Source: Alphaproteobacteria bacterium (lineage in GTDB: Bacteria > Pseudomonadota > Alphaproteobacteria > Bin95). From it: a stretch of 64,000 nt of DNA. The stretch lies in NCBI GenBank assembly GCA_965205265.1, contig CBDBGH010000003.1:2048001-2112000 (forward strand). Reading direction: 5' to 3'. A model generated the notes under the pieces. The model saw only the letters and a program-made list of their open reading frames with translations. It was not told the DNA's origin and did no database searches. The position numbers and the translations under genes are program-made. Positions 29,569-39,500 of the stretch are shown here, piece after piece. Within the stretch, counting starts at the first letter, position 1. Every line of letters begins with the position of its first letter.

Positions 29569-30534
29569 ATGGCGAAAGCACCGGGTAAGGCACACCGCGA
29601 AGGCATCACGCTCTTGCAGGTTGTGGAGATGTTCCCGACCGAGGAAAGCGCCCATGACTGGTTCGCGGATATGCGCTGGGGCCGCACCGGCCGTTTCTGC
29701 CCGCGTTGCGGTAACACCGAGACGACGCAGAAGGGCTTGACCTTTTGGTGCGGCGGTTGCCGCCGTCGGTTCACGGTCCGCACCGGCACGGCGATGGAGC
29801 GGTCGAAGATTCCGCTGCGCAAGTGGGTCATCGCCATCTACTTGAGCGTGACAAGCCTCAAAGGCGTGTCGTCGATGAAGCTGCACCGCGACCTTGGCAT
29901 TACGCAGAAGAGCGCATGGTTCATGGCGCACCGCATCCGGGAAGCCATGATGGGCGAGCCGGGCGGGTTCTTCGGCCCTGCCGAGGCGGACGAAACCTAC
30001 TTTGGAGGCAAACGGAAGAACATGAGCAACCGGAAGCGGAAGGAGCTTGCCGGGACGGGCCGGGGCACGGTCGGCAAAGCCGCCGTGGCCGGTGTGAAGG
30101 ACCGGGACAGCAACAAGGTCGCGGCCCGCGTCATGGAAGCGACGAAGGCGGACGACCTGCAACGCTTCGTCCGGGACAATGTGCAGCCCGGCGCCACCCT
30201 CTATACGGACGAAGCGGCCGCCTACAAGGGAATGCCCGAATTCGATCACGAGGCGGTCAATCACTCGGTTGCCGAGTATGTGCGCGGGCAGGCGCACACG
30301 AACGGGATGGAAAGCTTCTGGTCGATGTTGAAGCGGGCCTACGCCGGAACCTTTCACAAGTTTTCGCATAAGCACCTTCAGCGGTATGTCGATGAATTCT
30401 CGACGCGCCACAATCTCCGCGACATGGACACGGCGGACATGATGGCGGCGCTCGCCGCTGGCATGGTCGGCAAGCGCCTCCTTTACAGCGACTTGATTGC
30501 GGACAACGGCCTGTCCTCCGGCGCTCGAAGCTGA
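29569..30534 (+). CDS. IS1595-family transposase
   Basis: CPRC..CGGC zinc ribbon, KSAWFMAHRIR, EADETY, YTDE, HTNGMESFW, HLQRYVDEF..RHN. Confidence 0.93.
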   Translation: MAKAPGKAHREGITLLQVVEMFPTEESAHDWFADMRWGRTGRFCPRCGNTETTQKGLTFWCGGCRRRFTVRTGTAMERSKIPLRKWVIAIYLSVTSLKGVSSMKLHRDLGITQKSAWFMAHRIREAMMGEPGGFFGPAEADETYFGGKRKNMSNRKRKELAGTGRGTVGKAAVAGVKDRDSNKVAARVMEATKADDLQRFVRDNVQPGATLYTDEAAAYKGMPEFDHEAVNHSVAEYVRGQAHTNGMESFWSMLKRAYAGTFHKFSHKHLQRYVDEFSTRHNLRDMDTADMMAALAAGMVGKRLLYSDLIADNGLSSGARS

Positions 30535-30535
30535 C

Positions 30536-31549
30536 ATGGCGCTGCAAACGGTCATTCCGCCGACCGACCTAAGCGCGGAAGCCCTCGCCCGCCGCCTGCT
30601 GAATGAGGGATGGATGGAGGACGGCCGCCATCCCCTGCACCTCCGCAAGGCGCGTTTCCTCGACCGGCTGCGCAGCACCGGCAAGCTGGACTACAAGCGG
30701 TATCTGGCCTCGCCGCTGCGCTACGCGGGCGGCAAGAGCCTCGCCGTCGGCATGGTCGTGGAACTCATGCCCGATGTCGTGGAGCGCGTCGCGTCGCCTT
30801 TCATGGGCGGCGGCTCCGTCGAGATCGCTCTTGCCCGCGAACTCGAACTGCCGGTCGCGGCCTACGATGTCTTCGACATTCTCTGCGCCTACTGGCAAGA
30901 GCAGTTGCAGCGCCCGGCCGCACTGGCGAAGCGGCTCCGGGCCTTCACGCCGGATCGGCCCACCTTCGCCGCCGTCAAAGCCCGGCTGGAAGCGCACTGG
31001 AAGCGCGGGGAGGCGTTGAACCGCTACGACCTCGCCGCTCACTACTACTTCAACTCGAACACCTCCTACGGGCCGCATTTCCTCGGCTGGCCGTCCGATG
31101 TGTATCTGGCACCGGATCGTTACGGGAAGACGGTGGAGAAGGTCGAGGCGTTTCGCGCGCCGGGGCTGACCGTGGAGTGCGCGGGCTTCGAGGAGTCGAT
31201 ACCGCATCACGCGGCGGACTTCCTCTACTGCGACCCGCCCTACTACCTCGAAGAGGGCAAGACTTTCGTGGGGATGTATCCGCACCGGAACTTCCCGATT
31301 CACCATGACGGCTTCCGGCATGAGGCGTTGCGCGATTTGCTCTTGCGCCACCGGGCCGGATTCATCCTGTCCTACAACGACTGCCCGACGATCCGCGACT
31401 GGTATTCCGACTGCAATATCGAGACGCCGGAATGGCAATACACCTTCGGGCAGGGCGATACGCGCATCGGCGAGAACCGGCGCGAGCGCAACGGCGGGTC
31501 GCATGTGAAGAAGTCGCACGAACTGCTTATCTGGCGGCATCCCCGGTGA
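30536..31549 (+). CDS. DNA N6-adenine methyltransferase (Dam/D12 class)
   Basis: SPLRYAGGKS, SPFMGGGSVE (SAM-binding), YCDPPY catalytic motif, FILSYND, ELLI. Confidence 0.9.
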   Translation: MALQTVIPPTDLSAEALARRLLNEGWMEDGRHPLHLRKARFLDRLRSTGKLDYKRYLASPLRYAGGKSLAVGMVVELMPDVVERVASPFMGGGSVEIALARELELPVAAYDVFDILCAYWQEQLQRPAALAKRLRAFTPDRPTFAAVKARLEAHWKRGEALNRYDLAAHYYFNSNTSYGPHFLGWPSDVYLAPDRYGKTVEKVEAFRAPGLTVECAGFEESIPHHAADFLYCDPPYYLEEGKTFVGMYPHRNFPIHHDGFRHEALRDLLLRHRAGFILSYNDCPTIRDWYSDCNIETPEWQYTFGQGDTRIGENRRERNGGSHVKKSHELLIWRHPR

Positions 31550-32313
31550 ACGCTCGCCGCGCAAGCACGACCGAGGCAGCCCGCGAATACCGGCAACGCG
31601 GCCATGACGACGCGCTGCTGTTCGCGCTCGCCATCGGGCTTGAGGATGACTACCGCCGCGACCAAGCGGCGAAGAAGGATGTCATCGACCCGGCCGGAGA
31701 CGCGCACTCGGTCAAGTCCGGGCGCATCAAGTGGCAGGTCTTCCTCTACCGGCGAAACCGCTTCCTCGACGACGACGGGTTCCAGGCGCTCAATGGGGTC
31801 GGCTCGCTCCTGGTCCACTGCATTGACGCCTTCCCGCCGCGCTACAGCGACTATGAGGACAACAAGGAACCGGCCAAACTCCGCCTGCAAGCGCCCATGC
31901 GGGAGCTCAAAGACCGCTTCCAGCGCAAGGCTCTCCTGCGGGCCTTCCTGCGCAAGTCGCTCTTCAACGGCGCGGAGGTGCAATATCTGACGGTGCTGCG
32001 GGACGGCGTCTTCTGCGTCTATTGGAGCGACGATGTTGTCACGGCGATGGCGGACGGCTTCGAAGTCGTGAACTCGACGGCTCGTCGGCCCGGAGAATTC
32101 GACGCACAGAAGGTGCTCTTCCGGCATGAGGGCCGCAATGTCGGGGAACTCGAAATGCGGAACTCCAGCCCCGGCCATTACGGCGAGGTGCTGTTCAACA
32201 TGAACCGGGAACCGTGCCTTGCGCTCTTGGACGCGGCCGGCTTGGAGACTGCCGAGTGGTCGTCCGAAGTCCGGCTATACGGACAGGCGCGGCGGACCTT
32301 CGGTCGCTGGTAG
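31546..32313 (+). CDS. Putative type II restriction endonuclease (255 aa)
   Basis: GTGA overlap with the MTase stop; KKDVID...HSVKS resembles a PD-(D/E)xK core; function inferred from context. Confidence 0.55.
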   Translation: MNARRASTTEAAREYRQRGHDDALLFALAIGLEDDYRRDQAAKKDVIDPAGDAHSVKSGRIKWQVFLYRRNRFLDDDGFQALNGVGSLLVHCIDAFPPRYSDYEDNKEPAKLRLQAPMRELKDRFQRKALLRAFLRKSLFNGAEVQYLTVLRDGVFCVYWSDDVVTAMADGFEVVNSTARRPGEFDAQKVLFRHEGRNVGELEMRNSSPGHYGEVLFNMNREPCLALLDAAGLETAEWSSEVRLYGQARRTFGRW

Positions 32314-32931
32314 TTTGCGCAAGCATGTATATAATCCCCTTTCCGAAACGGCGGCCTCGCTCCGCCTTCTGGGCGAGGCGCTCGGCGCCCCGGACCGCGG
32401 AGAAGCGCTGGCGGCCGACGTGGAGGCGACCTTTGCGGAACTCCGGGCCGCTCTCGGCGCCGTACCCGTGAAAGACCGGCCGCGCGTCTATCTCGCCCGC
32501 GGCCCGGACGGGCTCGAGACCGGGCTGAAGGGCTCCATCAACACGGAGATCATCGAGCTCGCCGGCGGTCGAAACGTCGCCGACGCGCCCGGCCGCTACG
32601 GGCTCGTGCGGGCGTCGCCGGAGCAGGTGATTGTGGCCGATCCCGACACCATCGTCACCTGGGACCGGACCTTCTACGACCGCGTCTGGCGCGACCCGCT
32701 CTGGCAGGGGATAGCGGCGGTCCGCCGGGGCCGGGTCTATCTCTCGCCGACCGCGCCGTTCGGCTGGATCGACCGCCCGCCCTCGATCAACCGGATGATG
32801 GGCCTGAAATGGCTTGCCGGCCTCTTCTATCCCGATCTGTGGCCGGGCGAACTGCGCGCCGAGACGCGCGCCTTCTACAGGCTCTGGTATCATGTCGATC
32901 TCGACGGGCCGGACCTCGACCGGCTCCTCGA

Positions 32932-33966
32932 ATGGACAAAGGGACGCGCGCCCTGAACTCCATCGGCAAGCGCGGGGAAACGGGGGCCGGAACGGCGCTC
33001 TGGCTCGCCGGCGCGCTGGTCCTCGGCAGCTTCGCCGCGCTCCTGATCGGGCCCTATCCGCTCGGGCTTGTCGAGGCGCTGTCGGTGCTGACGGGCGGCG
33101 AGACCGCCGCCCGGGCGGAAACCGTGCTGCTGGCGATCCGGCTTCCGAGGGTGGCGGCCTCGCTGCTGGTCGGCGCGGCGCTGGCGGCGGCGGGCGCATG
33201 CTACCAGACGATCTTCCGCAACCCGCTCGTCTCGCCCGACATTCTCGGCGTGTCCGCCGGGGCGGGTCTGGGCGCCGTGCTCGGGATCTTCCTGTCGCTT
33301 CCTGTCGCGGCGATCCAATTGCTGGGCTTCGCCGGCGGGCTCGGCGCGGTCGCTCTCGTCGGTTTCGTCGCCGCTGCGGTGAAGACGGGAGACCGCACCC
33401 TCATCCTCGTGCTGGCGGGCGTGGTGGTCGGGGCGCTCGCCGGCGCGGCGACCTCGCTGCTCAAGGTGCTGGCCGACCCGTACGACCAGCTTCCCGCCAT
33501 CACTTTCTGGCTGCTCGGCAGCCTCGCCGGGGTGCAGGCGGCGGACCTCGTGCCCGCCGCGCCGGTCGTGGCCGCCGGGTTCCTGCCGCTGGTCCTGCTG
33601 CGCTGGCGAATCAACGTGCTGGCGCTCGGCGACGAGGAGGCGCGCGCGCTCGGCGTCGAGGCCGGGCGGCTCCGCCTTGTCGTCATCTTCTGCGCCACGC
33701 TCATCACGGCAAGCGTCGTGGCGGTGGCCGGCGTCGTCGGCTGGGTCGGGCTCGTCATCCCGCATATCGCCCGGATGCTCGTCGGGCCCGGCTTCGGGCG
33801 GCTCCTGCCGGCGGCGGCCCTGCTCGGCGCCGGATACATGCTGGCGGTCGATACGCTCGCGCGCACGATTTCGGCCGCCGAGGTGCCGCTCGGTATATTG
33901 ACGGCCGTGGTGGGCGCGCCCTTCTTCCTCTGGCTGCTCGCACGGGGCCGGCGCGCATGGGCATGA
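32932..33966 (+). CDS. FecCD/BtuC-family ABC permease (start uncertain)
   Basis: IRLPR, QTIFRNPLVSPDILGVSAGA, FWLLGSL, GWVGLVIPHIAR, GAPFF. Confidence 0.9.
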   Translation: MDKGTRALNSIGKRGETGAGTALWLAGALVLGSFAALLIGPYPLGLVEALSVLTGGETAARAETVLLAIRLPRVAASLLVGAALAAAGACYQTIFRNPLVSPDILGVSAGAGLGAVLGIFLSLPVAAIQLLGFAGGLGAVALVGFVAAAVKTGDRTLILVLAGVVVGALAGAATSLLKVLADPYDQLPAITFWLLGSLAGVQAADLVPAAPVVAAGFLPLVLLRWRINVLALGDEEARALGVEAGRLRLVVIFCATLITASVVAVAGVVGWVGLVIPHIARMLVGPGFGRLLPAAALLGAGYMLAVDTLARTISAAEVPLGILTAVVGAPFFLWLLARGRRAWA

Positions 33967-34778
33967 CCGTCGAGACCCGCGATCTGGCGATCGGCTATCC
34001 GGGCCATGAGGTCGGGTCCGGCATCACGCTCGCCGCCGGGCCGGGCGCGGTGCTCTGCCTGCTCGGCCCGAACGGGTCCGGCAAGACGACGCTGTTCAGG
34101 ACGCAGCTCGGCCTCATTCCGGCGCGGGGCGGGCAGGTGCTCCTGGAAGGCCGGCCGCTCGACCGCCTCTCGCGCGCGGAGATCGCGCAGCGCGTCGCCT
34201 ATGTGCCGCAGGCGCATGCGCCGCCCTTCGCCTGGTCCGCCTTCGAGGTCGTGCTGATGGGCCGGACGGCGCGGCTCGGGCTCTTTTCGCAGCCGGGCGA
34301 GGCCGACCGCGAGGCCGCGCGGGCCGCGCTGGAGCGCCTGCGCATCGGCGGTCTGGCGGAAGCGGACTACACCCGGCTTTCCGGCGGCCAGCGCCAGCTC
34401 GTGCTGGTTGCCCGGGCGCTCGCGCAGGAAACGCCGGCGCTCATCATGGACGAACCGACCGCCAGCCTCGATTTCGGCAATCAGGCGCTGGTGCTCCGCG
34501 AGATTGCCGGGCTTGCCGCAGACGGACTCACGGTCATTCTCTCGACCCAAGATCCCGACCACGCCTTCGCCGTCGGCACCGATGTCGCCCTGCTGCACGA
34601 GGGGCGCGTGAGGGCGGCCGGTCCACCCGCCGCGGCGCTCACCGAAGAGGCGCTGTCGGCCGTTTACGGGGTCGATGTCCGGGTGGAACGCCTCGCCGAC
34701 GGCAGGACGGTCTGTGTGCCGTCACTCTCGCGTCAGGGCGAGAGCCAGCGCACCGACCCGGCTTCGGACAAATCGTAG
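33963..34778 (+). CDS. FecE/BtuD-family ABC ATP-binding protein
   Basis: GPNGSGKTT, YVPQ, LSGGQRQ, MDEPTASLDFGNQ; H-loop reads STQD. Confidence 0.88.
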   Translation: MTVETRDLAIGYPGHEVGSGITLAAGPGAVLCLLGPNGSGKTTLFRTQLGLIPARGGQVLLEGRPLDRLSRAEIAQRVAYVPQAHAPPFAWSAFEVVLMGRTARLGLFSQPGEADREAARAALERLRIGGLAEADYTRLSGGQRQLVLVARALAQETPALIMDEPTASLDFGNQALVLREIAGLAADGLTVILSTQDPDHAFAVGTDVALLHEGRVRAAGPPAAALTEEALSAVYGVDVRVERLADGRTVCVPSLSRQGESQRTDPASDKS

Positions 34779-35626
34779 CCGCCCATCGCGGCGGCCTTGC
34801 GCCGGAACGCGTCGCCGCCCGCGAAGACCAGGAGCGCCTGCACCCGGCCGGTGAAATAGGCCCGCCGGTCGATCAGCAGGTCGAACCGCTCGCTGACCAG
34901 CGGCAGGAAGGACAGATGGAACTGCCGCGCCATCGCCTCGATGCCGGGGGCCGCATCCGCTTCGCCCGCGGCGACCGCCGCCGCCGCATCGCTCTCGGTC
35001 CGCGCCAGCTCCGCGGAAGGAACGAGGTCCGACGCCGTCAGCCCTTCCTTCGCGAGCAGCGCCTCGAAGAGCGCCGCCGCGCCCGCGCCGGGCTGGCGCA
35101 TGACGACCCGCCTGCCCCGGAGGTCGGACATGCAGCGCACCTGGCTGCGCATGGCCTCCGAGAGCACGAGCCCCCGCGCCCGGCCGGCCCAGGCGATCAG
35201 CACCGAGCCGCGCAGGCCGCGCGCGGCGACGGTGCGGAGATTCCAGTCCGCCTCTTCCGGAATATGAAGCCCGGCAAGCGCGGCGCGGCCGCCGGCGAAG
35301 GAGTCCAGGCCGTCGAGGCTGCCGTTCCAGAGCGTCGCCAGGCCCGAGCCGGATTCGCGCACGGCCCAGTCGAGCAGCGGGTCGTGCGAGCCGGTCAACA
35401 CCTCGGGCCGCTCCGGGGACGCGGCCTCGCCGCCGCCCTCGATCCACGCCAGGATCTCCGCGCGCGGGAAGAGCAGCTTGCCGGTGATCCGCCGGTGCGG
35501 AATCCCGCCGGCGGCGGCGAGGTCGTACACCTTGCGTTCGCGCACGCGCAGCAGCGCCGCCACCTCCTTCGTCGTGAGGTAGGGCGGCTGCCCGCCGCCG
35601 GCTTCTTCGAGAGCGTCCTGAGCCAT
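34733..35626 (-). CDS. Excisionase-type HTH + periplasmic molybdate-binding-like (PBP) transcriptional regulator
   Basis: YLTTKEVAALLRVRERKVYDL..IPH...GKLLFP HTH; GSHDPLL, GSLDGL, RQPGAG, ERFDL PBP motifs. Confidence 0.85.
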   Translation of the reverse strand: MAQDALEEAGGGQPPYLTTKEVAALLRVRERKVYDLAAAGGIPHRRITGKLLFPRAEILAWIEGGGEAASPERPEVLTGSHDPLLDWAVRESGSGLATLWNGSLDGLDSFAGGRAALAGLHIPEEADWNLRTVAARGLRGSVLIAWAGRARGLVLSEAMRSQVRCMSDLRGRRVVMRQPGAGAAALFEALLAKEGLTASDLVPSAELARTESDAAAAVAAGEADAAPGIEAMARQFHLSFLPLVSERFDLLIDRRAYFTGRVQALLVFAGGDAFRRKAAAMGGYDLSEAGSVRWLSP

Positions 35627-35751
35627 CGCCCATACCAATAACATGGCCCGCGGGACGATGCTTGCCGGTGGCGCTCCGGAGCGCGGTTGAGGACGGCCAG
35701 CGGCAGGGGCAAGATGGACGCCGTATCCGGAGCGGTCGGCGGGCGTGAACG

Positions 35752-36552
35752 ATGAGGCTGAAGGACAAGGCGGCGCTGGTGGTCGGCGCCGGACAGCAGG
35801 AGGGCGATACCGTCGGCAACGGCCGCGCGGCGGCGATCCTGTTCGCGCGGGAGGGCGCGAAGGTGGTGGCGGTGGACAGCAACCTTTCGTCGGCCGAGGA
35901 GACCGCCGCCATGATCCGCGCCGAGGGCGGCGACTGCGTGGCGGTGCGGGGCGATGTGACCGACAACGAGGACTGCGCCGCCTTCGTCCGCGCCTGCACC
36001 GACCGGCACGGGCGCATCGATATCCTTCACTACAATGTCGGCATCACCGGAGACGGGCTGGACAACGACCCGATGACGCTGCCGGAAGAGGTCTGGGACC
36101 GGGTGATGGACGTCAACCTGAAGGGCCTCTACCGCACGGCCCGGCTGGTCGTGCCGATTATGCGCGAGCAGCGGTCCGGGGCGATTGTCGCGGTCTCCTC
36201 GATCATTGCGGTCTGTGCGGCGGACCGCGTGATCTACAAGGCGTCCAAGGCCGGCGTGAACGCCTTCTGCCACATGCTCGCCAGCACCAATTGGGACTAC
36301 GGCATACGCTGCAATGTCATCATGCCCGGCCTGATGGACACGCCCATCTCCATCGGCTACCGGGTCCGCAGAAGCGGCGTCTCCGCCGAAGAGGTGCGCG
36401 CGTCCCGCGACGCCCAGATCCCGCTGAACCGGAAGATGGGGACGGGCTGGGACACGGCCCATGCCGCCCTGTTCCTCGCCTCGGACGAAGCCCGGTTCAT
36501 CACCGGCGTCAACCTGCCGGTCGATGGCGGCATGACCGCCCGCATCGGCTGA
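35752..36552 (+). CDS. SDR family oxidoreductase
   Basis: Gly-rich N-terminus, YKASK, PGLMDTP, LFLASDEA.FITG..LPVDGG. Confidence 0.92.
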   Translation: MRLKDKAALVVGAGQQEGDTVGNGRAAAILFAREGAKVVAVDSNLSSAEETAAMIRAEGGDCVAVRGDVTDNEDCAAFVRACTDRHGRIDILHYNVGITGDGLDNDPMTLPEEVWDRVMDVNLKGLYRTARLVVPIMREQRSGAIVAVSSIIAVCAADRVIYKASKAGVNAFCHMLASTNWDYGIRCNVIMPGLMDTPISIGYRVRRSGVSAEEVRASRDAQIPLNRKMGTGWDTAHAALFLASDEARFITGVNLPVDGGMTARIG

Positions 36553-36574
36553 CCGGCGCCGGCCGGGCAACGCC

Positions 36575-39500
36575 ATGACAGGCAAGGGAGCCCCCTACCG
36601 GATCGGCGTCGATGTAGGCGGCACTTTTACCGACTTCGTGCTCCGCGACGAGGAGACGGGACGGGTCGCGGTCCACAAGGTTCCCTCCACGCCCGCCGAC
36701 CCCTCCGAAGCGGTCCGGAACGGCCTGCCGGCGCTGCTCGAAAAGGCGGGAGCGGGTCCGGGCGGCATAGGGCAGCTTCTCCACGCGACGACCGTTGCGA
36801 CCAACGCGATCATCCAGCGGCGCGGGGCGAAGACGGCGCTGATTACCACGCGCGGCTTCCGCGATGTGCTCATCCTCGGCCGGCAGAAGCGCTACGAGAC
36901 CTACGACCTGCACATGCTGAAGCCGGACCCGCTGATTCCCCGCGAGCGGATCTTCGAGGTGCCGGAGCGGGTGAGCTTCGAGGGCGAGGTGCTGGAGCCG
37001 CTCGATGAGGAAGAGCTTGCGCCGGTGCTGGAGCGCATCGCGGCGGGCGGCTACGAGGCGGTGGCGGTGGCCCTGCTCCACGCCTATGCCAACCCCGCGC
37101 ATGAGCGGGCCGTGGGCAGGGCCGTTGCCGCGCGCCTGCCGGGCGCGGCGCTCAGCCTGTCGGTCGATGTCTCGCCGAAGCTCAGGGAATATGAGCGTAC
37201 CAACACCACGGTGGCGAACAGCTTCGTGAAGCCCCTGGTCGGCGCCTATGTGCGGCGGCTGGCGGAGGATTTCGCGGCTGCCGGGGCAACGGCCGAGCTT
37301 TCCATCATGCAGTCGAACGGCGGGCTCGTCTCGCCCGCGCTGGCCGGCGACTATCCCGTCCGCATCGTCGAGAGCGGCCCGGCTGCGGGCGTGCTGCTTG
37401 CGGGGCGGATCGGCCGGGACATCGGCGCGGACCGCGTGCTCAGCTTCGACATGGGCGGCACCACGGCCAAACTCGGCGCCATCGACGGCGGCGAGCCGGC
37501 GATTGCGCCCGTCTTCGAGGTCGATCCGGTCAGATTCAAGAAGGGCTCCGGCCTGCCGATCAACGTGCCGGCGGTTGAGCTGATCGAGATCGGCGCGGGC
37601 GGCGGCTCCGTCGCCGCGGCCGTGGACGGCGCCATCCGGGTGGGGCCGGAAAGCGCGGGCGCGGACCCCGGCCCCGCCTGCTACGGCACCGGCGGCGAGC
37701 GGCCTACGGTGACGGACGCGAACCTCGCGCTCGGCTACCTCAACCCCGCCTATTTCAACGGCGGCGCGATGGCGCTCGACCCGGCCGCGGCTGAGGCGGC
37801 GCTCCAAGAGCATGTCGCCGGGCCGCTCGGCCTCTCCGCGGCGGAGGCCGCCTGGGGCATCCATCTGGTCGCGACCGGCAATATGGAGCACGCGCTGCGG
37901 GTCGTTTCGGTGGAGCGCGGCCGCGACCCCCGCAAATACGCGCTCGTGGCCTTCGGCGGGGCCGGGCCGATCCATGCGGCGAGGATCGCGCGCACGCTCG
38001 GCGTCCGGCAGGTCGTGGTGCCAAGGGCCGCGGGCGTCGGCTCGGCCATCGGAATGCTGGCCGCGGAGGGCCGGCTGGATGCCTCCGTCACCCGCCTGCT
38101 GCGCCTGGACGAGGCGGCGCCCGGAGACATCGCGGCCATCTATGCGGGGCTGGAGGCGCGGCTCAAGGAGGACCTCGCCCGCCTGCCCGGGGCCTCGGAG
38201 CCGGAGTTCCGGCGCTTCGCCTATATGCGCCACACCGGCCAGGGCTTCGAAATCCATGTGGACCTGCCGGCGGGCGAGATCGGCGAAGGCTATACCGCCG
38301 CCTGCGAGGCCGCGTTCCGCGCCGCCTACAGGGCCCGCTACCGCACGGAAGACCCGGCAAGCGCGGTCGAGGGCGTCGACTGGGCGCTGGCCGCCGTGGT
38401 TCCGGGCTCGCGGGACGTATCGGCCGGGGACGCCGGCGCAGCGCCGATCGGCGAGCCGCCGGGCCGGAGGCAGGCCTGGTTCCCGGAGGCGGGCGGCATG
38501 ACCGAGACGGCGGTCTGGCGGCGCGAGGCTATCGGCCCGGACGCCGTGATCGAGGGACCGGCCATCGTGGAGGACGCCGAGGCGACGACCGTCATCCCGC
38601 CGGGCGACCGCGCGCGGCCCGGGCCGGGCGGCCACCTGCTGATCGACATCCAGCAGGCGGCACCCGGACAGGAAGCGGACGACCGGGCCGGGTCCGCCGG
38701 CCCCGGTCCGTGCGGCGGCGGCAGGACGGCAGAGGCGTCCATCGACCCCATCGCCTTCACCGTCATCTGGAACTCGGTCGTCTCCATCGCCGAGGAACTG
38801 GGCACCACCATGCGGCACACGGCCTTCAGCGAGGCGGTGCGCGAGGGCGACGACTTCTCCACCGCCGTGTTCGACGCGAAGGGCCGGATGATCGCCCAGG
38901 GCAATTTCTCGCCCGGCCATCTGGGCTCCATGCCCTTCGTCATCCGCCATGCGACGGAGGTTTATCCGCCCGAAACGCTGCGCCCCGGCGATAGCATCCT
39001 GATGAACGACAGCTGGATGGGCTCGGGCCACTTCCCCGACTTCTTCCAGGTCATGCCGGTGTTCGAGGGAGGGGAGCTGCTGGGCTATGTCGCGGCCTCG
39101 GCCCACCAGATGGACGTGGGCGGCGCGGCGCCCGGCTCGCAGAAGGTCCACGGCGTGACCGAATCCTTCCAGGAAGGATTCCGCATCCTGCCGGTGCGCT
39201 TCTGCCGGGAGGGCGAGATCGACCGCGACATCCTCTCCATGGTGCTCGCCAACACCCGCGTGCCGGACAAGGTGCGCGGCGACGTGATGGCCCAGCACAC
39301 CGCCAACCTGACCGCCGCCGAGCGCTTCCGCCAGCTTTTCCGGGACCACGGCCGGGCCGTTGTCGAGCAGGCCTTCGACGACATTCTCGACCGCAGCGAA
39401 GCACGCATGCGCGCCGCGCTGGCGCGTGTGCCGCCGGGCACATACAGCTTCGACGACCGGATGGACGATTACGGGCCCGGCACGAGGCCGATCCATTTCG

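Larger units (their letters stand above)
29504..32339 (+). mobile_element. IS1595-family element with passenger genes (2836 bp)
   Basis: 27-bp TIRs (GGGGATTATATAC..., 23/27 identical); 8-bp TSD TTTCCGAA at 29496-29503 and 32340-32347. Confidence 0.95.
29075..32956 (+). pseudogene. Type-II (BtuF/FecB/MolA-like) ABC substrate-binding protein interrupted by an IS1595 element
   Basis: 29075-29503 (143 codons, ...GRFSE) joins in frame to 32348-32956 (TAASL...) after removing the IS and one TSD copy, giving an intact 345-aa ORF. Confidence 0.9.
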
